Positions 7,219 to 17,152 of a stretch of 64,000 nt of DNA are shown here, piece after piece. The stretch's first letter is position 1, and every line of letters begins with the position of its first letter. Source of the stretch: a virus. The notes below the pieces were generated by a model. The model made no database searches. It was not told where the DNA came from and saw only the letters and a program-made list of their open reading frames with translations. Location of the stretch: IMG/VR virus record IMGVR_UViG_3300015370_000568, positions 1-64,000 of that record. The stretch is one strand, 5' to 3'. A program made the translations under genes and the position numbers.

Positions 7219-8076
7219 ATGACCATTGAATATCCTGTCCGTATAGGGAGCAATCGCTCTAACCGTTGTTCTCCTGAACTTCAAGCTCTCATTTGCAATC
7301 TAGCATTAACGGAGCCTAGAGCTGGGATTTCAGAAATCTGGAGAACTATTACACAACAGGGACATCAAGTATCTTACTTTCCTGTCTTTCAAAAGGTTAA
7401 GGAAGCAAGAGAACACGGTCCTGAGATTGTTATTAACCCTACAAAGGAAGAGACAGGCTGGATGCACGGACCACAAAAGCAACAGGTCCGTGAAGCTTCT
7501 GTTAACTTTGCTAAAAGATTCCTGCCCAAGAAAAAGATAGTTGGCAATGCTATTGGTCTACCCTACAAGTTTCATGACCAGACCAGAGATTACGCAGCAG
7601 TATTTCCTCATGTAGAGGGGAGGAAGCTGTATTCCTACTTCTTCGAGAATAATCCTCTAATGATGCATGATACAGTAGAGGCTCATATCAAGTCATTTTG
7701 GCGTACCAAAACCACAATAGTTTTGGGCGATATTCTCGAAGAAGGTCTAAGAATTGTGCCAGATGTTCAAACACTTGTCTTTGACCTTGACTTCATGTGT
7801 CTTGTAAATGCTGCCTTCCTTTCTAAAACTCTTGACCTTGTGGTAGCCAAAGCACATTCAGAAGCCTTCTATCTGTTCCTAAATAATGCTTTTGGCCGGT
7901 GGACTACTTTTCATGAGACACTAGCAGCTCACCGAGCTATTGTTCATTCAATAGCTAGTGCGTGGCTTCAAAAACCAGCTGACAAAGAATTTGACGTACA
8001 GTATAATCATCAACGGTATCGGGATTCTTTCCCTATGCTAGCAACAACGCTAGTGGGGTTTAGGAGAAAGAGATGA
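7219..8076 (+). CDS. hypothetical protein (possible N-terminal HTH)
   Basis: Long ORF with no clear family. Confidence 0.6.
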   Translation: MTIEYPVRIGSNRSNRCSPELQALICNLALTEPRAGISEIWRTITQQGHQVSYFPVFQKVKEAREHGPEIVINPTKEETGWMHGPQKQQVREASVNFAKRFLPKKKIVGNAIGLPYKFHDQTRDYAAVFPHVEGRKLYSYFFENNPLMMHDTVEAHIKSFWRTKTTIVLGDILEEGLRIVPDVQTLVFDLDFMCLVNAAFLSKTLDLVVAKAHSEAFYLFLNNAFGRWTTFHETLAAHRAIVHSIASAWLQKPADKEFDVQYNHQRYRDSFPMLATTLVGFRRKR

Positions 8077-8158
8077 CTAGCTCGACACTTGGAATCATCT
8101 TTCTTCTAGTCGCTGTTGGTTTCTTTGCTCTCAACAAAGCTCTTAGAAAGGACAGATA

Positions 8159-8425
8159 GTGGCCAAAGATAAGGAAAAGAAGACTAAGGATGCTGGTGCT
8201 AAGGCAGCTCGAGAAGCTAATGCTCTTCAGCGACGTAAGCTTCGAGGACTAACTAAACAGACCCAGCATACCAGGAAGCTGCAAAAGGCACGAGAAAAGG
8301 TTACAAAGTGTAGTTCAGTAGCAGAGTATAAGAAACTGGCTAATGTTTTTCCTAGATTGCTCAAAGAAGAACATACAGCAGCTCGTCACCGTCTCCATAT
8401 AACTAGCAGACAATTACATGAGTGA
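8159..8425 (+). CDS. basic hypothetical protein
   Basis: K/R-rich ORF with GAAAGG upstream. Confidence 0.55.
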   Translation: MAKDKEKKTKDAGAKAAREANALQRRKLRGLTKQTQHTRKLQKAREKVTKCSSVAEYKKLANVFPRLLKEEHTAARHRLHITSRQLHE

Positions 8426-8708
8426 TACTCACTCGAAAGGAAGACAGATGAATGCTTTTCAGGTTAAGATGCAGGCAAGACAAGCTCTCCTTCGAACCAA
8501 GCGGCGCGGCAATCTTTCCGGTGCCAAGCTAGCCGTAAAGGTTAGACAGGCAAGGACAAAGATTGTAAATAATCAAGCACTCCCTGATTCTGTCGTTAAT
8601 GCAATCAGCGAAAACTTTGATGACTGGACCATTAAGGACCTATCTCCTGCTCAGAAGGCTGCTTTTTCACGCCGGGCCTATGACAAGTATCTCGGCTACT
8701 ACGGTTGA
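8418..8708 (+). CDS. basic hypothetical protein
   Basis: Coupled ORF. Confidence 0.55.
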   Translation: MSDTHSKGRQMNAFQVKMQARQALLRTKRRGNLSGAKLAVKVRQARTKIVNNQALPDSVVNAISENFDDWTIKDLSPAQKAAFSRRAYDKYLGYYG

Positions 8709-8733
8709 CATCCTAAGCTCCAGCAGATAGACT
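8705..8733 (+). promoter_or_regulatory. sigma70-like promoter
   Basis: TTGACA-17 nt-TAGACT just upstream of ATG 8740. Confidence 0.55.
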
Positions 8734-8739
8734 CTTCTC

Positions 8740-9042
8740 ATGATACGTCCCCACCTAGTAGACCCTATAAGAACCAAGCTAACCAAGTTCTTATCTAAAC
8801 TAACAGGACAGCTAAATGATAAGGAATTAGTGCTTCTTTGGGCTCTTGTAGGATTTGATATAGGTCGAAGCATTCATGGCCAAGAGATTACAAACACAGA
8901 TCAGCTCATAGAACTACACAAAGACAAGCCTACAATTGCTACAGCTTTAATGTTACAGTCCATGATAGCAAAGTCATGGACAGAGGAAACAGCAAATGAA
9001 CAAACTAGAGAAGGCAGTAGCTCTAGAAGCAGCACTACCTGA
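8740..9042 (+). CDS. hypothetical protein
   Basis: ORF downstream of the promoter. Confidence 0.55.
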   Translation: MIRPHLVDPIRTKLTKFLSKLTGQLNDKELVLLWALVGFDIGRSIHGQEITNTDQLIELHKDKPTIATALMLQSMIAKSWTEETANEQTREGSSSRSSTT

Positions 9043-9373
9043 TCCTTCTAAAGTTTCACCAGAAGAGTTCATAGATAAGCTATCAGAAACAATGGAAGAA
9101 CTAATGCTTCCTAGAGGCAGAGTACTAACAGCAATAGAGTATGAATCCTGGATGTTTCCAGAGAATAACTTCACGAACTGGAAAGCGTTCCTTGAAAAGT
9201 ACTTCTATCTTATTCGTCAAACAGCGAATGAACTTGAGCTACTGACTAAGATTTATGGCTTTATTGCTAACTCTACTTTACAGAAAGAGCTAGACAAATA
9301 TACAGGAGATAATTATGAGATGGACCGAGACAGAGGACAAGATTCTGGAGACTCTATGGCATTATGCGACTAG
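8996..9373 (+). CDS. hypothetical protein
   Basis: ORF with RBS-like GAGG. Confidence 0.55.
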   Translation: MNKLEKAVALEAALPDPSKVSPEEFIDKLSETMEELMLPRGRVLTAIEYESWMFPENNFTNWKAFLEKYFYLIRQTANELELLTKIYGFIANSTLQKELDKYTGDNYEMDRDRGQDSGDSMALCD

Positions 9374-10514
9374 TGTTGAGATTGCAGCTGTTCTAGGGCT
9401 ACTAGGATATAAAAGAGGCAGTAGTGCCATTAGAAACCGAGCAATCCGTCTCAACCTGGCCGAGACAGGCTATCAAGGAGAGACTCTGGAAGAAAGAGTT
9501 CAAGAGAATCTATCTCCTGAAGAAGCTAAGATAGTTCTAAGTGTTCTTGGACCAGAATGTGGAGAAGATGAAGAAGTAACCTCACAGCTACTCCAACCTG
9601 TAGCCTCAAGCTCTGACAAAGCTGCTTATACTAAGCAGTCCCGGTCTATCTATAATGAACTACTGACTTTCCTAGACCAACTAGCTGTTACTGATAAACG
9701 AGTATCAATACCTCTACCTGCAAAAAGTAAGGGAGCTGAGTCACTGGTTGTGGTCTTAAGTGACCTTCACTTTGGTAAGTTGATTAAGAACAGACGCGGC
9801 CAGGACCTTTATAATGTTCAAATCGCTACTGAGAGAATGCAAGCTCTTACTGAACAAATAGCTAAACTAGGTGCTCATATTGAAGCAAGTAGCATCATTG
9901 ATGAAGTTGTCATAGTATTGGCCGGAGATATTGTTGATAACGAAGGTATCTATGAAACTCAAGCATTCCATCTTGATGCTACTCTACTAGGTCAAATTCA
10001 AGCTGCTACTGAATCATTATGGTCACTAATAACAACCTTAGCAACACAATATCCACAGGTTAGAGTCATAACATGTAGAGGTAATCATGGTAGAACAGGA
10101 GGAGCTGAGAGTTCTAACTGGGACAATATTGTTTACTATATCCTTTCAGTTCTAGTTAAAACAACAGGTCTTCCCGTCAGTGTTTCTACTTCGTTAGATG
10201 AGTACAATACTTTCTTTGTCAAAGGATATAAAGGACTCATCCGGCATGAAATTCCTAAGCCTGATGGGACACCAACAGCGAGTGCTAAGCTAGGTGGATG
10301 GTATGCCCGACACCACTATGATTTCCTGATTTCTGGTCACTATCATCAAGTTCGACTAGGTTATTATCATGGTAAGCCATTGTTTAGAAACGGTGCTTTG
10401 ACAGGAGGAGATGACCTGGCAGAAAGAATGGGAGTTGATGATGACCCTAAACAACTTCTCTTCGGTGTCTCAGAGAAACATGTCCCTACTTTCCTGTATC
10501 CCCTAGAGTTTTAG
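9315..10514 (+). CDS. calcineurin-like metallophosphoesterase with N-terminal Myb/HTH-like segment
   Basis: SDLHFG, GDIVD, GNHGR, GHYH motifs; N-terminal RWTETED. Confidence 0.85.
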   Translation: MRWTETEDKILETLWHYATSVEIAAVLGLLGYKRGSSAIRNRAIRLNLAETGYQGETLEERVQENLSPEEAKIVLSVLGPECGEDEEVTSQLLQPVASSSDKAAYTKQSRSIYNELLTFLDQLAVTDKRVSIPLPAKSKGAESLVVVLSDLHFGKLIKNRRGQDLYNVQIATERMQALTEQIAKLGAHIEASSIIDEVVIVLAGDIVDNEGIYETQAFHLDATLLGQIQAATESLWSLITTLATQYPQVRVITCRGNHGRTGGAESSNWDNIVYYILSVLVKTTGLPVSVSTSLDEYNTFFVKGYKGLIRHEIPKPDGTPTASAKLGGWYARHHYDFLISGHYHQVRLGYYHGKPLFRNGALTGGDDLAERMGVDDDPKQLLFGVSEKHVPTFLYPLEF

Positions 10515-10523
10515 GAGTCTTAG

Positions 10524-10919
10524 ATGCAGTCTTTGCAACAAAAACTGATGGCACAGGTCCCACAAAAGCTTTCTTTTGGAGATACAGAGCAGATTAAGAA
10601 GCTATCAAGGATAAGAGAGCTTGCTCCTGGTTCTTTTCAATTCACTGCTCGCTATCTTCTTTCTCTTAGCTGCTATGTAGAGACAAGTCTAGATATATGG
10701 GCGGCAAGTGCTGAAGAAGCCTATAATATAGCAAATTCTGAGAAATTTTTTGATGAAGCTTTTCAACAAGCATCAGATGAAATTCTAGAGTGGGATGTAG
10801 ACAGAACAGATCTTCTTTCGGTAACTCCTGTTACTCCTCTACCTCCTAGTCCCAAAAGTCAACTCCCCCTTCTACAAGTGAAGCCTAACTACAGACCACA
10901 ACTTAAAGATTGGAGATAA
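10524..10919 (+). CDS. hypothetical protein
   Basis: ORF with AGGAG RBS. Confidence 0.6.
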   Translation: MQSLQQKLMAQVPQKLSFGDTEQIKKLSRIRELAPGSFQFTARYLLSLSCYVETSLDIWAASAEEAYNIANSEKFFDEAFQQASDEILEWDVDRTDLLSVTPVTPLPPSPKSQLPLLQVKPNYRPQLKDWR

Positions 10920-10920
10920 A

Positions 10921-11382
10921 ATGTCAGGTCAATTCAGTATCTATAAGCCCAAAGCCGCTGTCCAATTTCGTTGCAAGTCAGCTGAGCCAGGTGCTACAGA
11001 ACGTGATGGCTGTGTCTTTATGGACATTGCTCCTGGTATTGGACAAGATGACTCTGGAAACAATCGATATGACTGGGAAAATAAGATTGTGTTTGCCTTT
11101 GCACTAGTTGATTTAGGGCAAACAATCTTAGGTCTTCGAACTAAACAGTCAGTCAAGCTCTATCATGACCCAAGTAAGAGTGCTGGAGCTGCATCAACAG
11201 GACTCAAAGTACTTGTCTTTGAGCCTGCTGAGTCAGGAGACGGCTCATGGTTTCTTCGTGTCTCTCAAGGCCCTAAGGATGGAGGAAAGAGCTATTCAAT
11301 TAACCTATCAGCTTATGAGCTACTCATTCTTGGGACATTGATGCAAGATGCTCTTTCAAAAGTGATTGCTTGGGGCAAGTAA
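10921..11382 (+). CDS. Whirly-like ssDNA-binding protein
   Basis: FSIYKPKAA, RYDWENK, YHDP, KVLVFEP and terminal helix plus W follow the motif order of plant Whirly. Confidence 0.7.
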   Translation: MSGQFSIYKPKAAVQFRCKSAEPGATERDGCVFMDIAPGIGQDDSGNNRYDWENKIVFAFALVDLGQTILGLRTKQSVKLYHDPSKSAGAASTGLKVLVFEPAESGDGSWFLRVSQGPKDGGKSYSINLSAYELLILGTLMQDALSKVIAWGK

Positions 11383-11807
11383 TGACTAATGTCTATCTTG
11401 TGGCTGATGGACAGCACTTCTGGGTAATCATCTGGGACTCAGAGACCCAAACCCTATCAGTTATCAAAGAATGTGCTCGTAAAGGCACTGATAAGAGGAC
11501 AACTATTCTTGAAGCCTTTTGGTTTGCTCTTCAAATGCTTCAGCAACGGGCAAGATTTACTCTTCCAGTAAAATTTCTCGTACCTAGAAGAACTATCAAG
11601 AAGCTTTCAGAGCTACCTGATTACTTCCATGAGGAGTTTAAGCAGCTGCGAGGACAATTCTTTGAGCCCAGCGACTGGGTTCTAGGTCACTATCGTCTGT
11701 GGTTTTCAAAGACAGGAAAGTATATCCGTCAGCTCAAGAACTTTGCTAAAGGTAGACGAAGAATTGCCTTTCAAAAACATGTGGAGTATGATCCATTATG
11801 TCCCTAA
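11370..11807 (+). CDS. hypothetical protein
   Basis: Coupled ORF (probable ATG at 11382). Confidence 0.55.
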   Translation: MGQVMTNVYLVADGQHFWVIIWDSETQTLSVIKECARKGTDKRTTILEAFWFALQMLQQRARFTLPVKFLVPRRTIKKLSELPDYFHEEFKQLRGQFFEPSDWVLGHYRLWFSKTGKYIRQLKNFAKGRRRIAFQKHVEYDPLCP

Positions 11808-12148
11808 CGTGCCAAGGTCTTTGTGGAATAGTTAGCGACCCAATCTGTCCTGGAAAATCATTACAGGACGGAGCTTTCTATTCCCTCCAAATAGCTACAG
11901 CAGATCCACATAAGATAGTTGAAGGCAAACCAAAGATTCATAAGTATACTCTTGAAATCTGGGTGCCTCGAAATGAAAACAAAGAATTTCTAGCTAAGTG
12001 TAAACGAAAAGAGATTTACCAGCTTCGTCTAGGTACTATTCAAGACCGAGGTAATGGGACTACAGCTCTAGTCACTTCAACTAGCAACTTTATCCATCTT
12101 GAAAGACCTCTGTGGGCTAGTGGTAAAGAGCAGGCTGATGAGTCTTGA
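11798..12148 (+). CDS. hypothetical protein (possible OB-fold)
   Basis: Beta-rich pattern; weak. Confidence 0.45.
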   Translation: MSLTCQGLCGIVSDPICPGKSLQDGAFYSLQIATADPHKIVEGKPKIHKYTLEIWVPRNENKEFLAKCKRKEIYQLRLGTIQDRGNGTTALVTSTSNFIHLERPLWASGKEQADES

Positions 12149-12503
12149 TACAACAGCAGTCTTTTTTAAGTTTCCTGTCATTCTTCTTAAAGAAGGAGAA
12201 GAGCTAGATGTCGACGAATTTCTTACCGGTCTAACAGAGATAGCTAAGAAAGAAATTGTTGAGGCAAAAGGAGTAGAGGTCACTGGCACACATGCCATGA
12301 TTCTCCGATTGTTTCAACAGATTCTTCCTACTTGGTTCGACGCAGACTCTTTTCTCTATATCGCGACATCTAATAACAAACGTCACGGGTTCTTAGGTGC
12401 ATTAGCTACTGCTTATCTAGCTGGACTATGGGTCGGTCAAAACAAAGTACAAGTAAAGCCAGGGAAAATAGATGAGAAAAGCCCTGACAGCAATAGTCAA
12501 TGA
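12099..12503 (+). CDS. hypothetical protein
   Basis: Coupled ORF. Confidence 0.55.
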   Translation: MKDLCGLVVKSRLMSLDTTAVFFKFPVILLKEGEELDVDEFLTGLTEIAKKEIVEAKGVEVTGTHAMILRLFQQILPTWFDADSFLYIATSNNKRHGFLGALATAYLAGLWVGQNKVQVKPGKIDEKSPDSNSQ

Positions 12504-12867
12504 GCTAGGCTTGCAAGATGGTACTAGCTATAAAGTACTTAGAAATGGCGACGGATTAGTAGTAGGCTTTACTATTATCTGTCTTATCCAAGTTGAAAAC
12601 AAAGCCCTCTCTGTTCAAATAACTGAGGCTAATGATAAGTTCTTTATTCGCCTTATTAGTGATCGGGTAGACCAATTCCCAATGCCTCGTTGGGTTAGCC
12701 AAGCTCTTCGAGTTAGTAAGATTTGTCCCAATAACTTGACCCCTACAAAGCTTACTATTGGAAGCTATAAAAATGGTCAGTCTTATCTTGCAGTAGATTT
12801 ACTAGTAGAAGACAGTGAAATTCTACGACTAGAAGCAAAAGATCTGCATATTGTTGGGAGATGGTAA
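12472..12867 (+). CDS. hypothetical protein
   Basis: Coupled ORF. Confidence 0.55.
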   Translation: MRKALTAIVNELGLQDGTSYKVLRNGDGLVVGFTIICLIQVENKALSVQITEANDKFFIRLISDRVDQFPMPRWVSQALRVSKICPNNLTPTKLTIGSYKNGQSYLAVDLLVEDSEILRLEAKDLHIVGRW

Positions 12868-12870
12868 AGA

Positions 12871-13332
12871 ATGCTACTCCTTTTAGGGTATAAAGGCACT
12901 CAACAATCACGAGAGACTCTCTTTGGCATTGCCAAAAGACTTGGAGTACCAGTAAGTGTGAGTTTTGCCATTGAGGATAGTGAAATCATCAATAAGGCCA
13001 CAGCAATCATTCCTTTTGGACAAGCAGCATTAGGAGCTATCCCAAGTAGCTTTACTGGACCAGTCTTACAACATGTTCCTTCTCCTAGTACATTAGTTAC
13101 CTTAACTTCTGTTCAGAAACGAGTAGAATGGGAAAGGATTATGGCTTTCGTCTCTGAACACTCTCCTAGTATGGGCAAGACTATTGTTTATACAGCAGAG
13201 AAAGGAACAGAGATTACTGTAGGAGAAGATAGTGATCTGACTTGGCAGGAACTACAAGCCATCTCAACTCTTGTCGAATCCCTAGGCTTAGGACCTGGCA
13301 GTGTAAGACTGGAGAAAAATTCTCATGATTGA
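12871..13332 (+). CDS. hypothetical protein
   Basis: Coupled ORF. Confidence 0.55.
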   Translation: MLLLLGYKGTQQSRETLFGIAKRLGVPVSVSFAIEDSEIINKATAIIPFGQAALGAIPSSFTGPVLQHVPSPSTLVTLTSVQKRVEWERIMAFVSEHSPSMGKTIVYTAEKGTEITVGEDSDLTWQELQAISTLVESLGLGPGSVRLEKNSHD

Positions 13333-15055
13333 TGGACTTACCGAGCTTTCTATCTATATCAAGAGTGCCAGGCCTCTTGTATGGGTAATTAGCCAGGAAA
13401 AAGAGAGAGTTCTGCGCGATCTGAAAGGAATTCTCGACTCAAGTGATGCAGGGTCAGTCCCCTTTCTTATTAGACAGACTGCTATTAGCTGTCCTCATCT
13501 AGTCTCTCAAGAATTACATGATTCTGTAATCCTTGACCCTCGAGCTAGTATGTCTCTTAGTGAGCTCGTAAGCGCTCTTCTGGAACAAAAAGCTCCTGTA
13601 GGCTTAACTAATCCGCATATCAATAAGATTCTTTCCGATCATGATAATCAGCAGAGATTAAGGGCAGCAGGGGCTATCATCTTCTGGGAGAATCCTGATT
13701 TCTGTCTTCGAGAAGAGCGTGAAGACAGTAGATTCCTTTGCTCCGTACTGCCCCAACTACAGCAACATGGTATCTCTATTGTAGGAGTTGCTCCTGGTTT
13801 TTGTACTCTAAATGGGCCTGTTCCACATATAATTGCTAGTCATTTTGCTGTTGTAAACTATATTCTCCCAGACATCGAGAAGCTTCGAGAGGTACTAACT
13901 AAAGAACTAGAGGAAGCCAGTAATACCGTCAGCTCTACCATTGCAGCATATAAGAAGGTAAAGAACACCAAGCTTGTTCAGACTCGTATTGCTAGACTAC
14001 AGGCTATCAAGCTAGAGTATTCTCCTGATGAAGTTCATCAGATTCTTAGAGCCTCTGCTGGAATGACAGCCTTTGAATTCAGAGATCACCTTGAACATTT
14101 TCTCATGCGTGACTCAGAACTCAAGCCTCTACAGTTTCTAGAGGCTAAGGCTGCAATTATCAAGAAGTCTCATCTACTTGAGCTTATTAATCAACCAGAA
14201 GGACTAGACCAAGTAGGAGGACTAGAAGAAGCAAAGAAGTTTGTTCGCCAATGGAAGAATTGTTTCAGTGAAGAAGCTCAAAAGTTTGGAGTTGAAAGCC
14301 TTAAAGGTCTAACTCTAACTGGTCCTCCAGGAACTGGAAAAAGTCTCTTTGCCAAGGCTGTAGCAGCCGAGCTAGGTCTACCACTACTCAGACTTGATAT
14401 TGGGAGACTCCTAGGTGGAGTGGTAGGGCAAAGTGAATCTCAGGCACGAGAAGCTATCAAGTTGATTATTGCCTGTGCTCCTGTAACACTTTGGATAGAT
14501 GAAATAGAAAAAGGATTGGCCGGTTCTACAGGTAATAGCCTTGATTCAGGAGTAATGGCTCGGGTTTTGGGCACATTACTAACTGCTATGGAAGAAGAAT
14601 TTGATGGGGTAATTCCTATTGCTACTTCCAATAACATCAAGAATATTCCTCCTGAATTTCTGCGCCGATTTGAAGAAGTGTTCTTTGTTGACCTTCCATC
14701 AGCAAAGATTAGAGAACAAATCTTTAGTATTCATCTTAAGAAAAGAGATAGAGATCCAGCTTTGTTTGATCTCAGTGCTCTGGCTTCCTTTACTGAAGGA
14801 TTTACAGGAGCTGAGATTGAAAAAATAGTCCGCCGAGCTATTGCTAATAGCTTTGCCTCCTATCAAGGCAGAGAAGATATCTCTACTGATAACCTGACTC
14901 AAGCTGTCAAGGGAGTTAATCCTATCTCGCAGCTAATGAAGGAAGAAATCGATTCAGTAAGAACCTGGGCCAAGGAGCATAATGCTATCATGGCCGACGC
15001 AACGTCTGAAAAGACAAAAATGGTAGAACTTCGACGAGGACTAGGTGAACTATGA
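13325..15055 (+). CDS. Ycf46-like AAA+ ATPase
   Basis: VGGLEEAK, GPPGTGKS, LLRLDIG, LWIDEIEK, PPEFLRRFEEVFFVDLP. Confidence 0.9.
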   Translation: MIDGLTELSIYIKSARPLVWVISQEKERVLRDLKGILDSSDAGSVPFLIRQTAISCPHLVSQELHDSVILDPRASMSLSELVSALLEQKAPVGLTNPHINKILSDHDNQQRLRAAGAIIFWENPDFCLREEREDSRFLCSVLPQLQQHGISIVGVAPGFCTLNGPVPHIIASHFAVVNYILPDIEKLREVLTKELEEASNTVSSTIAAYKKVKNTKLVQTRIARLQAIKLEYSPDEVHQILRASAGMTAFEFRDHLEHFLMRDSELKPLQFLEAKAAIIKKSHLLELINQPEGLDQVGGLEEAKKFVRQWKNCFSEEAQKFGVESLKGLTLTGPPGTGKSLFAKAVAAELGLPLLRLDIGRLLGGVVGQSESQAREAIKLIIACAPVTLWIDEIEKGLAGSTGNSLDSGVMARVLGTLLTAMEEEFDGVIPIATSNNIKNIPPEFLRRFEEVFFVDLPSAKIREQIFSIHLKKRDRDPALFDLSALASFTEGFTGAEIEKIVRRAIANSFASYQGREDISTDNLTQAVKGVNPISQLMKEEIDSVRTWAKEHNAIMADATSEKTKMVELRRGLGEL

Positions 15056-15432
15056 GCATTCAGATTACCCTTCGTAGCAACATTCGTGACCTTACTCTTC
15101 TGGAAAAGGCTCTGTTTCGTATGGGAGTAACAGAGCAATCAATGACCAGAGACACTATCGTAGCACAGCAGAAATGTGCTCTGGCAATTGACCAACAGGT
15201 AGGGTTCTCCCGCCAGGCAGATGAAACTCTCTCTCTTGTAGGCGACCCATACTATACTCAAGCTCTCCGAAAGTACTACCGGAAGACAGAAAGTCTTCGT
15301 CAAGATCTCACAGCTAACTACCTGCTAGAAGACGCAATCGTAAAGGCAAGACGGGCAGGATTTACTGCTAAAGAGGAAACAATTGCCCGTCATAATGATG
15401 GTACTGTTACCTTGGAGGCGTGGGCAAGATGA
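15052..15432 (+). CDS. DUF1257 (Ycf35-like) protein
   Basis: IRDLTLLEKAL..MG, VGFSRQ, LVGD motifs; sits between the Ycf46 AAA and a DUF2997-like gene. Confidence 0.65.
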   Translation: MSIQITLRSNIRDLTLLEKALFRMGVTEQSMTRDTIVAQQKCALAIDQQVGFSRQADETLSLVGDPYYTQALRKYYRKTESLRQDLTANYLLEDAIVKARRAGFTAKEETIARHNDGTVTLEAWAR

Positions 15433-15611
15433 ATAAGCTAATCATTACCATTGATCCCAAGACCGAGACAGTTTCCTTCAAAGTCAAGGGAGTCAAAGGG
15501 GCTGGCTGTCTAAGTATTAGTGACGATCTTCGTCGAGGCTCAGAGATTATTGAACAACACGAAACCGAAGAACTTCATGAAGTTAACGTGGAACAGGTAG
15601 CCCAGAGATGA
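15420..15611 (+). CDS. DUF2997-family protein
   Basis: ITIDP..V.FKVKGVKGAGC motif. Confidence 0.7.
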   Translation: MGKMNKLIITIDPKTETVSFKVKGVKGAGCLSISDDLRRGSEIIEQHETEELHEVNVEQVAQR

Positions 15612-16456
15612 TTCCTGCCCAAGTAGATAGCAGAATCCATTTCGCCAACCTAGTTGTTAACTGTGGTTGGTGTAATGCTTCCTGTCCTAATTGCTATGTT
15701 CCACACAAGAACTGTGCCTATGACTACACTTTTATGTGGCTTGAAGGTCTGTTCATTGACCCAAGTAATTGTCCTCTGCAACCAGAAGCTATTGTTCTAT
15801 CTCTAGCTAACGATCATCAGCTCATTAAGGAAATCAGTTCAAAGTTTGGAGATAGCATCCTCTGTAGTAAGCCTGATATTACTCTGGCTATCAGAGATGT
15901 AGAACACTTTCTCACTTGGGTTATTCATTCAGGAATCAATCTCCAGACTTGGCTAGGCAATGTAAAACTTGTTCTCAGTAACTATGAAGGTCTTGTTCCT
16001 CTTCTAGCAGAGATAGATTATCGAAAAGTAAATGTTGAGATTGGGATAATTGATAATGGAAGTCCTCTCTCTGCCAGTCAGATTAAGAACTGTCCTTTCC
16101 CTATCTATCGAATTATTCCGAAGCCAGCTGAAGCTCTGGTCTCGGCTGGTACTAATGACCTATGTCTTAGCTATATGCACAATGATCCTCCTTGTCCTGC
16201 TGGGACACAACATTTTAGTGCTTGGCCAGATGGAAGAATCACTGGCTGTCCATATAGAAGATTTCATTCTGCTCCTCTTCTGCATAGTAACCTTAATATA
16301 AGTCAATTGTTCTTTGCTCCATATGATTCATGGGTTCAACAGATTAGAGGACAAATGCGGAACCCTGATCCATATGTTTTCTGTCCAGCTAATTATGAAA
16401 ACGGTTACAAGTTTTGTAACCAAGCTCAACTGCAACGATTTCGTGACTCCTTGTAA
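15608..16456 (+). CDS. divergent radical SAM protein with twitch/SPASM-like region
   Basis: CNASCPNC; CPAG...WPDGRITGCPY. Confidence 0.7.
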   Translation: MIPAQVDSRIHFANLVVNCGWCNASCPNCYVPHKNCAYDYTFMWLEGLFIDPSNCPLQPEAIVLSLANDHQLIKEISSKFGDSILCSKPDITLAIRDVEHFLTWVIHSGINLQTWLGNVKLVLSNYEGLVPLLAEIDYRKVNVEIGIIDNGSPLSASQIKNCPFPIYRIIPKPAEALVSAGTNDLCLSYMHNDPPCPAGTQHFSAWPDGRITGCPYRRFHSAPLLHSNLNISQLFFAPYDSWVQQIRGQMRNPDPYVFCPANYENGYKFCNQAQLQRFRDSL

Positions 16457-16562
16457 ACTAGAAAGTATGAAGAGTTATTCAGACTTTCTTCTCTCCTGAT
16501 GAAATATCAATAGGTTACAGCTTACCTGTTGACTAGAGCATCACCTAGGATAGAGTAGAACA

Positions 16563-17132
16563 ATGTCAATAGACCAGGTAATTGTAGGCCCGCTGGATAG
16601 TATCTCCTCTCCAACAGTACAATCTCTCCTTACTTCTCTAGCTGAAGGCAAAGGAATTGCTGATAGCTTTAAGGGTAGAATGTATGAAGAGTATACTGTT
16701 GACGGAAAATCATTAAGAGAATGGCAAATAGCCTTCTCTATTGATATTCCAGTTGATTTAGGTCCTCAAGAGTGTAAGATATTAGCTGGCCAACTTCTTA
16801 CTCATTATGAAGAAGCTACACGTCATTTCATTATTGCTGATGCAGTATTGACTGCTCTCCTCGATGGCAAAGCATCTGATCAACAAGTAAGAATGGAAGC
16901 TCTCATCAGTCACTATAGAAGAACAGTAAGAAAAGAGCCACCAGCAACAACTCTAAGAGAATTCAAAGAGCTGGCTGAAAATACTACTATGAGAAGTACT
17001 GTAGCAAATGCTCGCATTGCCAAAGATTTCTTCAAAAATATTCTGGACTTGCTTACTAATGCAAGAAAGATTTGTGAGCAGGCAAGTATTGCTAATGGAA
17101 CAATGGCTAAGCTAGTTAGACAGGCTGACTAG
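16563..17132 (+). CDS. hypothetical helical protein
   Basis: Long ORF with coiled-coil character. Confidence 0.6.
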   Translation: MSIDQVIVGPLDSISSPTVQSLLTSLAEGKGIADSFKGRMYEEYTVDGKSLREWQIAFSIDIPVDLGPQECKILAGQLLTHYEEATRHFIIADAVLTALLDGKASDQQVRMEALISHYRRTVRKEPPATTLREFKELAENTTMRSTVANARIAKDFFKNILDLLTNARKICEQASIANGTMAKLVRQAD

Positions 17133-17152
17133 AGAAGAAAGGAAAGAAAAGA

